From: Gammaproteobacteria bacterium
Lineage (GTDB): Bacteria > Pseudomonadota > Gammaproteobacteria > SZUA-229
Assembly (NCBI GenBank): GCA_029287435.1
Contig: JARFRD010000022.1
Span: 433-64,432, forward strand
Length of the DNA stretch: 64,000 bases
Reading direction: 5' to 3'
Shown: positions 7,961-16,868 of the stretch, piece after piece
Layout of the letters: each line of letters opens with the position of its first letter
How positions within the stretch are numbered: position 1 is the stretch's first letter
Translations under genes and position numbers: made by a program
Notes under the pieces: model-generated
What the model was told of the DNA's origin: nothing
Database searches by the model: none
What the model saw: the letters and a program-made list of their open reading frames with translations, nothing else

Positions 7961-9301
7961 ATGTTAATCATACTTCATGGATGGAGTGATACCTATACAT
8001 CATTTAAAAAACTGGCAAGCTGGATTTTAAAGCAGAATATTTACAATGATATTCATCATATATATCTAGGAAATTACGTCAGTTTAGATGACGATGTGAC
8101 GTTTAATGACCTGGTTGAAGCAATGCAGGCTGCCTGGATTAATGAGGACCTGCCAACTGAGCCACGAAGTGTTGATGTTATAGTGCATAGCTCTGGCGGA
8201 CTTGTCGTTCGTGACTGGATGACTTCGTACTATAAACACGATACAAACCCTGTTCATAGACTCCTCATGTTAGCGCCTGCTAATTTCGGTTCGCATCTTG
8301 CCCATAAAGGGAAGTCATTCATTGGTAGAGTATTCAAGGGTTATAAATCTGATAAACCATTTCAAACGGGCACTCAAATCCTTAATGGCCTTGAATTAGC
8401 CAGTCCTTATTCCTGGGAGCTGGCGAGAAGAGATTTATTCGGTGGGTCAACATGGTACGGGCCAGGCAAAGTGTTGTGTACTGTTCTTATAGGAACAGAG
8501 GGGTATAGTGGTATTTCATCGATAGGCAACCAGTCTGGTAGTGATGGAACAGTTCCAGTTTCCTGTGCAAATCTAAATGCCAGCAGGCTGGTTCTTGATT
8601 TTGCCACTGATCCACAGAATCCAACAGCGCGGCCAATGGGGGCTCGAGGGGTTACAGCTTTTACACGGATACCACTGGAAAATCATTCAACAATTGCATT
8701 TAAAGATAATGGCCCAAAAAATGAAAAGACATTTGAACTAATACTTAATGCCCTTACTGTGACTGATGATTCATTTGACAGCCATTGTGATGAGTTAGAT
8801 GCTTTTTCTTCAAATGCACGGTTAGATGGCGAAGCTGATCCGTATACCCATGGATACCAGAATACTGTTGTGCATCTTGTTGATAACTTGGAAACGGATG
8901 TTAAAGATTACTTTTTAGAGCTGTTCATTAAAGAGCAGAATAATTCAATAACGATTGATGATTCAATGACGAGCATACTTCAGGAAAATGTAGTTACTAA
9001 GGTTCATATCTATAAAGAAAACTCTGCATACCGTAGCTTAATGATTAACTGCAGCAGGCTAGATGAGTTATCACCAGCAATATCAGGTCCACTATGCATT
9101 GCTATTACTGCTCTTCCTGACATTAATCAGACTAAATCAGTGGGCTATGATACTTTTGCATGGGATGCTATTGATAGCTTGAAATTGGATTCAAATACAA
9201 GAAAACAGTTTTTTAAATCCGATCGCACTGTCTTAGTGGAATTTAGCATCAAACGAAAACAAACAGAAAAAGTGTTTAGTTTTAATAAGCATCCTAAATG
9301 A
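7961..9301 (+). CDS. alpha/beta-hydrolase (lipase/PGAP1-like) N-domain protein with unassigned C-terminal region
   Basis: ILHGW...HSSGG (GxSxG-type elbow) and LAPANFGSH motifs. AAGGAGA lies upstream. AT-rich: one sampled 60-nt line counts 32% G+C. Confidence 0.55.
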   Translation: MLIILHGWSDTYTSFKKLASWILKQNIYNDIHHIYLGNYVSLDDDVTFNDLVEAMQAAWINEDLPTEPRSVDVIVHSSGGLVVRDWMTSYYKHDTNPVHRLLMLAPANFGSHLAHKGKSFIGRVFKGYKSDKPFQTGTQILNGLELASPYSWELARRDLFGGSTWYGPGKVLCTVLIGTEGYSGISSIGNQSGSDGTVPVSCANLNASRLVLDFATDPQNPTARPMGARGVTAFTRIPLENHSTIAFKDNGPKNEKTFELILNALTVTDDSFDSHCDELDAFSSNARLDGEADPYTHGYQNTVVHLVDNLETDVKDYFLELFIKEQNNSITIDDSMTSILQENVVTKVHIYKENSAYRSLMINCSRLDELSPAISGPLCIAITALPDINQTKSVGYDTFAWDAIDSLKLDSNTRKQFFKSDRTVLVEFSIKRKQTEKVFSFNKHPK

Positions 9302-9307
9302 CAATGA

Positions 9308-9350
9308 GATCAAGGGGTCAGAGTACTTGATTTGAGTACTTGATTTTTTT
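9308..9350 (+). repeat. family-A intergenic repeat with duplicated tail
   Basis: GATCAAGGGGTCAGAGTACTTGATTTGAGTACTTGATTTTTTT. Confidence 0.9.
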
Positions 9351-9472
9351 AGATAGAAAATGCTGAAAACCTTTTACTGGAAAGACTATAAGTTTAAAAG
9401 CATAACAATACGTTCAGATTTATACCGATTTTGTATGTATCACTAACATGTCTAATAATTTGTGGAAATAAA

Positions 9473-10183
9473 ATGGATGAAACCAAACAGAGAATCGCAT
9501 TATTTATAGACGCTGATAATGCGCCCGCAGGAAAGTTCGAAGATGTACTCAGCGAAGTCGCAAACTATGGTGTGGTGACGATTCGCAAAGCCTATGGTAA
9601 TTGGAAGTCGCCTACACTAAAAGCCTGGGAAGATCTTTTACATGAATATGCTATTCAACCTATACAGCAATATGATTTGACTAAGGGAAAGAATGCTTCC
9701 GATATAGCCATGGTAATCGATGCTATGGACGTAATGTATACAAAACAAATCGATGTAATGTGCTTTGTATCATCTGATAGTGATTTTACGCCAATGGTCA
9801 CTAGAGCTTTAGCTGAAGGCAAGGTTGTATTAGGATTTGGAGAAAGGAAAACACCATTACCATTCGTCAATGCGTGTTCTAAATTTTTATACCTGGACAA
9901 AGAAAAAGAAGAAACTAAAGCAACAGTTAAATCTAAGAACATCAAATCAGATACTAAATTAATACATTTACTGCGTCAGGCAATCGAGGCAACAGAAGAC
10001 GAAAATGGATGGGCGCCACTGGGTCCTGTTGGGTCAAATATCTCTAATAAGACATCATTTGATACCAGAAATTATGGGTTTAAGAATCTAAGCAGCCTAT
10101 TTAAAGCGATAGATTTATTTGAGCTAAAACGTGGGCCTGGGAACTCTTTTTTAGTACGAGATTCTCGTAAGAAGACAGACTGA
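9473..10183 (+). CDS. NYN-domain (LabA/DUF88-like) protein with C-terminal OST-HTH/LOTUS domain
   Basis: RIALFIDADN...KAYGNW...FVSSDSDF motifs. The C-terminal region GWAPLGPVGSNI...FDTRNYGFKNLSSL is LOTUS-like. Start placed at ATG 9473. Confidence 0.75.
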   Translation: MDETKQRIALFIDADNAPAGKFEDVLSEVANYGVVTIRKAYGNWKSPTLKAWEDLLHEYAIQPIQQYDLTKGKNASDIAMVIDAMDVMYTKQIDVMCFVSSDSDFTPMVTRALAEGKVVLGFGERKTPLPFVNACSKFLYLDKEKEETKATVKSKNIKSDTKLIHLLRQAIEATEDENGWAPLGPVGSNISNKTSFDTRNYGFKNLSSLFKAIDLFELKRGPGNSFLVRDSRKKTD

Positions 10184-10304
10184 ACAAGTGGGTCAAGTCA
10201 ACGCATTCCACGGCGCTTCGCTCTGCCCCATGGGTCCGTAGATAACACTCTTCTTCAAACACCGCATGATATCGAACACAATCTGTATCTTGAATTAATA
10301 ATAT

Positions 10305-10323
10305 GGGTCAGAGTACTTGATTA
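10305..10323 (+). repeat. family-A repeat (core only)
   Basis: GGGTCAGAGTACTTGATTA. It abuts and overlaps the stop of the asparaginase-II gene. Confidence 0.75.
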
Positions 10324-11343
10324 ACTAGCATCGCGTCGCGACAACCAGAATGCCGCCGGGCGAATTTCTCCTACTTCAAGCCCCCTTGAGTTGACTATCG
10401 TTGGCGCGATATGCGCCTGAAGCTGATGCTTCTCGGCATCGGATAGAGCGCCCAGGTGATCAAGGATTGCCAGCAATGCAACTGAGCGTGCACGACTGCT
10501 GCCGTCTGCAATTTTCACGGCTATTCCCAGGCCCTCTCCAGGCAAGGCCGCGGTGACGATGCCCTCGGCGCCGGTTTTGGCCAGCACAGAACCCCTGGTG
10601 ACTTCGTTCAACTCGCTGACCACGCTTCCAGGCCCGGCAATATAGAGCGGCTCATTGCTTATGGCCCGGTGAAGACGGTAAATGGCCTGCGCACGCTCAT
10701 CTGGCAAACCCTCAGGCCTGGCAAAGCGGGCCATGGCGCGTCCAAGCTGTACCAGCGGCATGGTCGGTGCAGGTAATCCGCAACCGTCAATCCCCATTGG
10801 GTACTGCTTGAGGTCAATACCCGCCAGTTCGGAAAGTATCTCCAGCGATAACTGCTGCAATGGGTGCTCCAGCAGGTGGTATTTATCGAGTGGCAAACCC
10901 AGGTGCAGCGCGGTGGTTAAAAAACCGGTGTGCTTGCCCGAGCAGTTGTGATGAATGCGGCAGCCCTGTTGACCGGACGTCAGCAGCTGGTGGGCGCTCT
11001 CGGTATGTTCAGGGAGTACCGCGCCGCAGGCCAGGTGATCCTCGGTCAATCCCAGGCGGTTCAGCCAGGACTGCACCAGTGCCTGGTGCATGGGCTCTCC
11101 CTGGTGAGACGAACAGGCCAGGGATAATTCAGCATCGCTGAGGGCGTGGCGGTCAGCGGCGCCGCTCTCGACCAGCTGAATCGCCAGCATCGGTTTCAGG
11201 GCAGAGCGGGGGAATATCAGCTTGTTGATGTCTCCCCAGCTTTCCAGAACCGTACCCCTGGAATCACACACGACGGCAGCACCAAAATGCCGGCTTTCTA
11301 CGGTGCCATTACGGGTGACTTCTACCAATAGTTCTAAGGACAT
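10321..11343 (-). CDS. asparaginase-II family protein
   Basis: 340 aa. TRNGTVESRHFGAAVV...RSALKP, typical of the L-asparaginase II (PF06089-like) family. Confidence 0.75.
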   Translation of the reverse strand: MSLELLVEVTRNGTVESRHFGAAVVCDSRGTVLESWGDINKLIFPRSALKPMLAIQLVESGAADRHALSDAELSLACSSHQGEPMHQALVQSWLNRLGLTEDHLACGAVLPEHTESAHQLLTSGQQGCRIHHNCSGKHTGFLTTALHLGLPLDKYHLLEHPLQQLSLEILSELAGIDLKQYPMGIDGCGLPAPTMPLVQLGRAMARFARPEGLPDERAQAIYRLHRAISNEPLYIAGPGSVVSELNEVTRGSVLAKTGAEGIVTAALPGEGLGIAVKIADGSSRARSVALLAILDHLGALSDAEKHQLQAHIAPTIVNSRGLEVGEIRPAAFWLSRRDAS

Positions 11344-11371
11344 GCAACTGGAACTCGTCGAACAGTTTTCT

Positions 11372-12391
11372 TTATACGGTGGATGCTATCTTATCGCCTG
11401 CACCAGGGAAAATATTTGGCGGGACGGTCGAACTTGCCCTGGCAATTCCCCCGGCTAACAGCAGTTCCACCACTTTATCGTACGTCAGGCCATTTGCGAT
11501 CCTGCAGGCTTCCGGGAAATAACTGGAACCATAGGTCATACCGGGTACGAGGTTTGCTTCCATGAAGAAACATTCCCCACTCTTGCTCGTTTTAATATCG
11601 ATACGCCCGAAGTCCCTGGCCCCCAGGGCGTTGAATGCATTGATCGCAAGTGCAGTGATCCTGCTGCTGACCTCATTATCTTCAATCTTTACCAGTTCTT
11701 CCGAGTCATCCTTTTTTGCCTGTGCCCCTAAAATCCGCAGCCCATTGCCTGATAACGGTGCGATAGCTTCAACAGCAGAGACGGTTAATTTCTCATCAGG
11801 TGTTTTGATCACCGCAACGGTGTACTCGCGACCCTCCAGGTATTCTTCTGCCAGAACAGGCTGGTTGAATGCGCTATATAACGATGACAGTTTGCTTTCG
11901 TATTCCGTGAAGCTGGTGACAAATGACTGGTCATCAATGCCGTTGCCATTGGCTGCATCCAGCGGTTTTAAAAACAACGGGAACGGAAAGGGTAAATCAT
12001 TTTCTGTCTTAAACTGGCCGGGAATCGCGATAAAATAATTCGCGGTTCGGATGCCTTTATTTGATAGATGTGTTTTCGCAAGAACCTTGTTGGAATCATA
12101 TTTCAGCACGTTTCTTGATGAGCCGGTGAAATTGATTCCATGTTCGGTAAAATATTCAGATAGCCAGGTGTCGTCCTTGTAGGAAACGGGAATGTACTTT
12201 ACCGCCGGGATAACCAGGTCGGGTTTTCGTTTGACAACTTCATCGAGGTCTTTTTTTGTCTGGCAGATATTCAGTCTGACACTGTGGCCCATGCCCCGGA
12301 CGGCGTCAAAAACACTGTTGCAGGCGGTTAGTGATCCAAATCCACTCTCTTTCAGGGCTTCATTGGGGGTGGTGATGATTTCTATGTTCAT
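11372..12391 (-). CDS. ATP-grasp enzyme of the D-alanine--D-alanine ligase family
   Basis: ATP-grasp motifs (FLKP..., EEYLEGREYTV, FFMEANLVPGM). Start moved to ATG 12391 (MNIEIITT). Confidence 0.65.
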   Translation of the reverse strand: MNIEIITTPNEALKESGFGSLTACNSVFDAVRGMGHSVRLNICQTKKDLDEVVKRKPDLVIPAVKYIPVSYKDDTWLSEYFTEHGINFTGSSRNVLKYDSNKVLAKTHLSNKGIRTANYFIAIPGQFKTENDLPFPFPLFLKPLDAANGNGIDDQSFVTSFTEYESKLSSLYSAFNQPVLAEEYLEGREYTVAVIKTPDEKLTVSAVEAIAPLSGNGLRILGAQAKKDDSEELVKIEDNEVSSRITALAINAFNALGARDFGRIDIKTSKSGECFFMEANLVPGMTYGSSYFPEACRIANGLTYDKVVELLLAGGIARASSTVPPNIFPGAGDKIASTV

Positions 12392-12682
12392 TAGGGGGTT
12401 CCGACGAGAAAACAATGGCGTTGAATGAACAACAATAAGCCAGGCATTGAAATTCAGAAACGCATGACAGGTGACTGGACGCGAACAGTACATCGGGTCC
12501 ATGAACTACTGTGTATCGATGAAAAGATAGAAATTTTTCTGTGATCAGCAGGCAGTAGATGCCTGGCAAAATTAGATGAGCAAATGGAAAACGCCGCCCT
12601 GATATGCCGACTTGACCAGATTATCATATTTCAGCGGTAAATGATGGCTTTATTACCGAAACAGGCAAGCAAAAAAGGCAAT

Positions 12683-12700
12683 AAAGGGTCAGTACCCTTT
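12683..12700. repeat. mini hairpin related to family A
   Basis: AAAGGGTCAGTACCCTTT (stem AAGGGT/ACCCTT). Confidence 0.4.
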
Positions 12701-12949
12701 TCTTATTAGCCCCCCAACCGTCTGCATGACGGGAAACCTTACGCGATTTCCTGGCGTAAACGTTATTTCCATATAATCCTACTGCAGCGCTTGTATTCAA
12801 GGCCGAATTCAGGTGTAGTGGCGTTTCAGTATTGTTGCGGGTTAGCGACGGGTTTTCATAGCAATGCTGTTGGTGAATATCCGATATGCATTCAATTCTG
12901 GTGTTGGAAATTCTTTCTCACTTAATTCAACACCAGGAGAATTCTAAAA

Positions 12950-13453
12950 ATGAAGACTTTTCGTAAAATCCTGATCACCAGCACGTTGCTTGGTGGTTTA
13001 CTGGCAGCATCCGGTGCCAGCGCCTTTTGGGGCGGCAATATGTTTCCCTGGAGCGGCGGTAACAACTGGGGCGGTGGGCCGTGGAGTAATAACGGCTGGG
13101 GTGGCGGACCGTGGAGTAACGGCTGGGGCGGATCGCCCTACGGCGGTTACGGAGGTTATCCGGGCTACGGTGGTTATGGCGGCGGTCCAGGATACGGAGG
13201 CTACGGCGGTAATCCCGGCTACGGCGGTTTTGGCGGCGGTCCAGGATACGGCGGCTACGGCGGCTATCCAGGCTACGGCGGCTACGGCGGCGATCCAGGG
13301 TACGGCGGTTATGGCGGCGATCCAGGCTACGGCGGTTATGGCGGCGATCCAGGGTACGGCGGTTATGGCGGCGACCCAGGGTACGGCGGTTATGGCGGTA
13401 ATCCCGGTTACGGATATCCCCAACCTGGCGCTGGTCCGTCAAGAGTGGAGTAA
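12950..13453 (+). CDS. secreted Gly/Tyr/Pro-rich tandem-repeat protein
   Basis: Signal peptide MKTFRKILITSTLLGGLLAASGASA. About 10 tandem 9-aa units of PGYGGYGG(D/N/G/Y). AGGAG precedes the ATG. Confidence 0.7.
   Translation: MKTFRKILITSTLLGGLLAASGASAFWGGNMFPWSGGNNWGGGPWSNNGWGGGPWSNGWGGSPYGGYGGYPGYGGYGGGPGYGGYGGNPGYGGFGGGPGYGGYGGYPGYGGYGGDPGYGGYGGDPGYGGYGGDPGYGGYGGDPGYGGYGGNPGYGYPQPGAGPSRVE
13138..13412 (+). repeat. 27-bp coding tandem repeat (about 10 units)
   Basis: Unit is CCAGG(G/C)TACGGCGGTTATGGCGGCGAT, with four nearly perfect units near the 3' end. The region is stop-free in several frames. Confidence 0.85.
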
Positions 13454-13517
13454 GCTGATCGTTTACAGGCCTTTTAAAATCAGGTTGATCGTATGACCTG
13501 ATTTTATCTGGCTCTCT

Positions 13518-13543
13518 GATCAAGGGGTCAGAGTACTTGATTT
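13518..13543 (+). repeat. family-A intergenic repeat
   Basis: GATCAAGGGGTCAGAGTACTTGATTT. Confidence 0.9.
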
Positions 13544-13564
13544 AAAGGCAGCCCAATTGAAGAC

Positions 13565-13783
13565 TTGCTAGAGATAGCAACGAAATTACCATGGTGGGCC
13601 GGCCTTTTACTCGCGCTTATTTCCTATCTTCTTTTACACCAATTAACCGTGTCAGATACTGCTTCTATCAGTATGGAGGCGGGCAAGTTCAATATAGCGC
13701 CAACACTGTTCAAGACAATTGCAACATTTGGTCAATTCATAATAATTAAAGGGAACCGGAGTGATTTAAATTTAACCAGCTGA
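13565..13783 (+). pseudogene. possible 5' fragment of a membrane-anchored Mrr-type restriction endonuclease family gene
   Basis: LPWWAGLLLALISYLLLH...FKTIATFGQFII resembles the two-helix N-terminus I recall for that family. There is no catalytic domain. The ORF runs out into repeat B at 13747 and follows repeat A at 13518. Confidence 0.4.
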
Positions 13784-13790
13784 CCTTAAT
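13747..13790. repeat. family-B repeat (degenerate)
   Basis: AAAGGGAACCGGAGTGATTTAAATTTAACCAGCTGACC. Confidence 0.65.
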
Positions 13791-13811
13791 TTCCTTTTAT
13801 TTGAGAGATCA

Positions 13812-14168
13812 ATGAATATAACCAGATTGGGAACCGAACGCCGTCGCATGAGTAAGATTGTCATCCACAATGATACGGTTTATCTGTGTGGACAGGTGGC
13901 GGAAGATGCGAATGCGGACATCAGGGAACAGACGCGCACCATGCTGGCAAAGGTGGATAGCCTGCTGGAGCAGGCAGGCAGCGATCGGCAGCATATCCTC
14001 TCAGCCACGGTTTATATCAGGGACATGAAGGACTTTGCGCAAATGAACGAGGTGTGGGACGACTGGGTGATCGAAGGCTATTCCCCGGCCCGCGCCTGTG
14101 TCGAGGCCAGGCTGGCACGACCCGAACTACTGGTTGAGGTTTCCGTGATTGCGGCGGTGAAGGTGTAG
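13812..14168 (+). CDS. RidA/YjgF-family protein
   Basis: 118 aa. [18 protein letters not shown]...[17 protein letters not shown] is typical of this family. Confidence 0.8.
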   Translation: MNITRLGTERRRMSKIVIHNDTVYLCGQVAEDANADIREQTRTMLAKVDSLLEQAGSDRQHILSATVYIRDMKDFAQMNEVWDDWVIEGYSPARACVEARLARPELLVEVSVIAAVKV

Positions 14169-14186
14169 TCAGCTGCTGTATAAATA

Positions 14187-14235
14187 AAGCGCTCGGAGTG
14201 AATATAATTTAATCACTGCGACACTTTATTTTATT
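14187..14235. repeat. family-B hairpin repeat
   Basis: AAAGCGCTCGGAGTGAATATAATTTAATCACTGCGACAC followed by a T-rich tail. Confidence 0.75.
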
Positions 14236-14387
14236 CGTTTTATTTCTTTTTAATCATAATAACTCGCCGAATACCTTGCTGCACCGGAAGCTGTTCGACT
14301 GGTATTTAGTCAAGGATTTTCAGCTTCATTTCAGCTTCGTTTTTTATACTGCATCGCAACTGTTCTATCGAATCATGAGGAATTGCG

Positions 14388-14978
14388 ATGAAAACTCAAA
14401 ACGAGATCAAGGTATGGGACATCTTCGTCCGCATCTTTCACTGGGGGCTGGTAACGGCCTTCGTTATAGCCTTCCTGACCGAAGAATTCATGAGTCTGCA
14501 TTCCACAGCAGGTTACGTTGTCATGGGGCTAATCACGCTGCGTCTTGCCTGGGGTTTTATCGGTCCGCTGCATGCGCGTTTCAGTGACTTTGCCTATAAA
14601 CCGGCAGTGATCAAGTCTTTTGTAAAGGAGACATTGCTGCTGAAGGCAAAGCGCTATATCGGCCATAACCCGGCAGGAGGCGCAATGATATTTCTGCTGA
14701 TCATCAGCCTGCTTCTGACCGGTATCAGCGGCATGGTCGTCTATGCAGGCGAGGACCAGGCCGGGCCACTGGCCGGTCTGCTGGCGGGGATGAGCCACGG
14801 TGTGACGGAGGTTTTCGAAGAAGTCCACGAGTTCTTTGCCAACTTTACACTGTTGCTGGTGTTTATCCACGTTGCCGGTGTCATCATCGAAAGCCTTGTT
14901 CATCATGAAAACCTGGTCAGGTCGATGATTACCGGGCGTAAACGTGCGCCTGAGACTGATACAGGTGAAGTGGCATGA
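14388..14978 (+). CDS. cytochrome b (Ni/Fe-hydrogenase b-type / b561-like) membrane protein
   Basis: VWDIFVRIFHWGLV start and four TM helices with conserved His residues. Confidence 0.75.
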   Translation: MKTQNEIKVWDIFVRIFHWGLVTAFVIAFLTEEFMSLHSTAGYVVMGLITLRLAWGFIGPLHARFSDFAYKPAVIKSFVKETLLLKAKRYIGHNPAGGAMIFLLIISLLLTGISGMVVYAGEDQAGPLAGLLAGMSHGVTEVFEEVHEFFANFTLLLVFIHVAGVIIESLVHHENLVRSMITGRKRAPETDTGEVA

Positions 14979-15322
14979 GAAGGCCGGCCGGGGTTCTTTG
15001 GTATGCACTGATTCTTGTTTTGCAGGTGCAAGTGGTGCAGGCAGATGCCGAGCGTGGGCGCCAGTTGTGGAACCAGCAGTTCGAGGTCGATGGGCAGCTG
15101 CGCAGCTGCCTCAGTTGTCATGGCGCTAACCCCAGGGAAACCGGAAAGCATCAGCGTACCGGCAAGCCCATCGAACCGATGTCTCCGGTTGTGAATCCGG
15201 ACCGGCTTACTGACCCGAAGAAAATGAAGAAGTGGTTCAGGCGCAACTGTAAATGGACTCTCGGCAGGGAGTGCACGGCCGCGGAGCAGGCCGATGTCAT
15301 TGATTATCTAAAGCATTCATAA
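14975..15322 (+). CDS. DUF1924-like monohaem cytochrome c
   Basis: Signal peptide and a CLSCH haem motif. ATGA overlap with the upstream gene. Confidence 0.65.
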   Translation: MRRPAGVLWYALILVLQVQVVQADAERGRQLWNQQFEVDGQLRSCLSCHGANPRETGKHQRTGKPIEPMSPVVNPDRLTDPKKMKKWFRRNCKWTLGRECTAAEQADVIDYLKHS

Positions 15323-15334
15323 AGGAGCCTTTTC

Positions 15335-15898
15335 ATGAAAACAACGATATTTTCGCTAATGGCAGTGATGATGATTGCCTACCTGCTCGGTAATGTACCC
15401 GGAGTGATGCACGTGGCATCCGGCGATGATGATCACGAAGAATACCGGCAACACATGGGTCAAAATCGAAATCCATTACCGGCTAATCCGGTTTACACTG
15501 AGGAATGCGGGAGTTGCCATGTTGCCTATCCGCCTGCCTTGCTTCCGCAGGCCTCCTGGAATGCCATCATGAACGGGCTGGCAGACCATTTCGGGGATAA
15601 TGCGGAGCTGGATGCGAAGACAGCAATGGAGATTTATGATTACCTGTACAACAATAGTGCCGAGAAGTCAGGCTCTGGTCGCATGGCCAGAATGGCCCGC
15701 AGTGCACAGGGTGTCCCGCTGCGGATAACCGACTTGCCGTATTTTAAAAGGGAGCACAGGGAGATATCTGCAAAGATTATAAACCTGCCGGAGGTAAAGA
15801 GCCTGAGCAACTGCGACGCCTGTCACCGCGATGCAGCGCGAGGTTATTTTGATGAAGACAGTGTTGAGATCAAGGGATACGGTCGCTGGCATGATTGA
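15335..15898 (+). CDS. dihaem cytochrome c (DHC family)
   Basis: Two CxxCH motifs (CGSCH, CDACH) and a signal peptide. Confidence 0.7.
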   Translation: MKTTIFSLMAVMMIAYLLGNVPGVMHVASGDDDHEEYRQHMGQNRNPLPANPVYTEECGSCHVAYPPALLPQASWNAIMNGLADHFGDNAELDAKTAMEIYDYLYNNSAEKSGSGRMARMARSAQGVPLRITDLPYFKREHREISAKIINLPEVKSLSNCDACHRDAARGYFDEDSVEIKGYGRWHD

Positions 15899-16199
15899 TC
15901 GCCGGCGAACCGGGCTGGTGCTGTTCTTCTGCATTACACTAGTTGCTGCGGCGGCAGCATCTGCGGACGAGGATTTTGAGCTGGCACGCAAGCTGGTCGA
16001 ATCCGGTCAAATCCTGTCGCTCGAAACGATCCTCGAAAAGTACAGTGACAGCGCACCGGGAAAGATTCTCGAAGTAGAATTCGAAGTAGAACATGGGGTT
16101 CCGGTATATGAAATCGAATGGCTTGCACCCGACGGGCATGTCAGCGAATGGTATATCGATGCAAAGAATGGCGAACGACTGGAGAAAGGGAAAGACTAG
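15891..16199 (+). CDS. PepSY-domain periplasmic protein
   Basis: Signal peptide counted from ATG 15891, which overlaps the upstream stop as ATGATTGA. PepSY-like ILEVEFEVEHGVPVYEIEW. ATG 15852 is an alternative start. Confidence 0.6.
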   Translation: MIDRRRTGLVLFFCITLVAAAAASADEDFELARKLVESGQILSLETILEKYSDSAPGKILEVEFEVEHGVPVYEIEWLAPDGHVSEWYIDAKNGERLEKGKD

Positions 16200-16202
16200 G
16201 CG

Positions 16203-16868
16203 ATGAGACTGCTGCTGGTTGAAGACGATGCTGACCTGGTGGGCAGTTTGAAGCCGGCCTTGCAAGCTGCCGGTTTTGCCGTTGATGTTGCCGGCGATGG
16301 AGTAGATGCCGAGTTTCTGGGCAATGAGCAGTTACACGATATTGTCGTGCTCGATCTTGGCCTGCCCGCCCGCAATGGTCTCGAGGTGCTACAGAACTGG
16401 CGCCAGGCAGGCAACTCAATCCCGGTAATAATCCTCACGGCCCGCGATGCCTGGCACGAGCGTATCGACGGCTTCAAGGCCGGTGCCGATGACTATCTCG
16501 GTAAACCTTTTCATGTCGAGGAGCTGGTCGCCCGCATCAACGCCGTATTGCACCGGTTCAACCGGCAGGCTGGCGGAATGCTCGAGGCCTGTGGCCTGGT
16601 GCTGGACGAAGAGCGCCAGGCATTGCGTACCCGGGATGGCAATGAAATCCAGCTCACGGGTACCGAGTTTCGCCTGTTGCGCTACATGATGCTGCACCCG
16701 AACAGGGTACTCTCAAAAACCCGGCTCAGCGAGCACATATACGAAGACGATGACGACCGCGACAGCAACGTGATCGAGGTCTATATCAAGCGCCTGCGTG
16801 ATTTGCTTGGCAAGGACTCGATTGAAACGCGCCGTGGACAGGGTTATGTGCTGAGGTGTGAACCCTGA
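16203..16868 (+). CDS. OmpR-family response regulator
   Basis: Receiver domain (MRLLLVEDD...DLGLP) plus a winged-helix domain (TGTEFRLLRYM...RRGQGY). Confidence 0.9.
   Translation: MRLLLVEDDADLVGSLKPALQAAGFAVDVAGDGVDAEFLGNEQLHDIVVLDLGLPARNGLEVLQNWRQAGNSIPVIILTARDAWHERIDGFKAGADDYLGKPFHVEELVARINAVLHRFNRQAGGMLEACGLVLDEERQALRTRDGNEIQLTGTEFRLLRYMMLHPNRVLSKTRLSEHIYEDDDDRDSNVIEVYIKRLRDLLGKDSIETRRGQGYVLRCEP

Noticed and set aside
12975-13523. Three extra long ORFs (12975-13523 minus, 12990-13496 plus, 12998-13423 minus) over the Gly/Tyr repeat gene
   Set aside because: The 27-bp tandem repeat is stop-free in several frames. Only the 12950 frame has a signal peptide and an SD.
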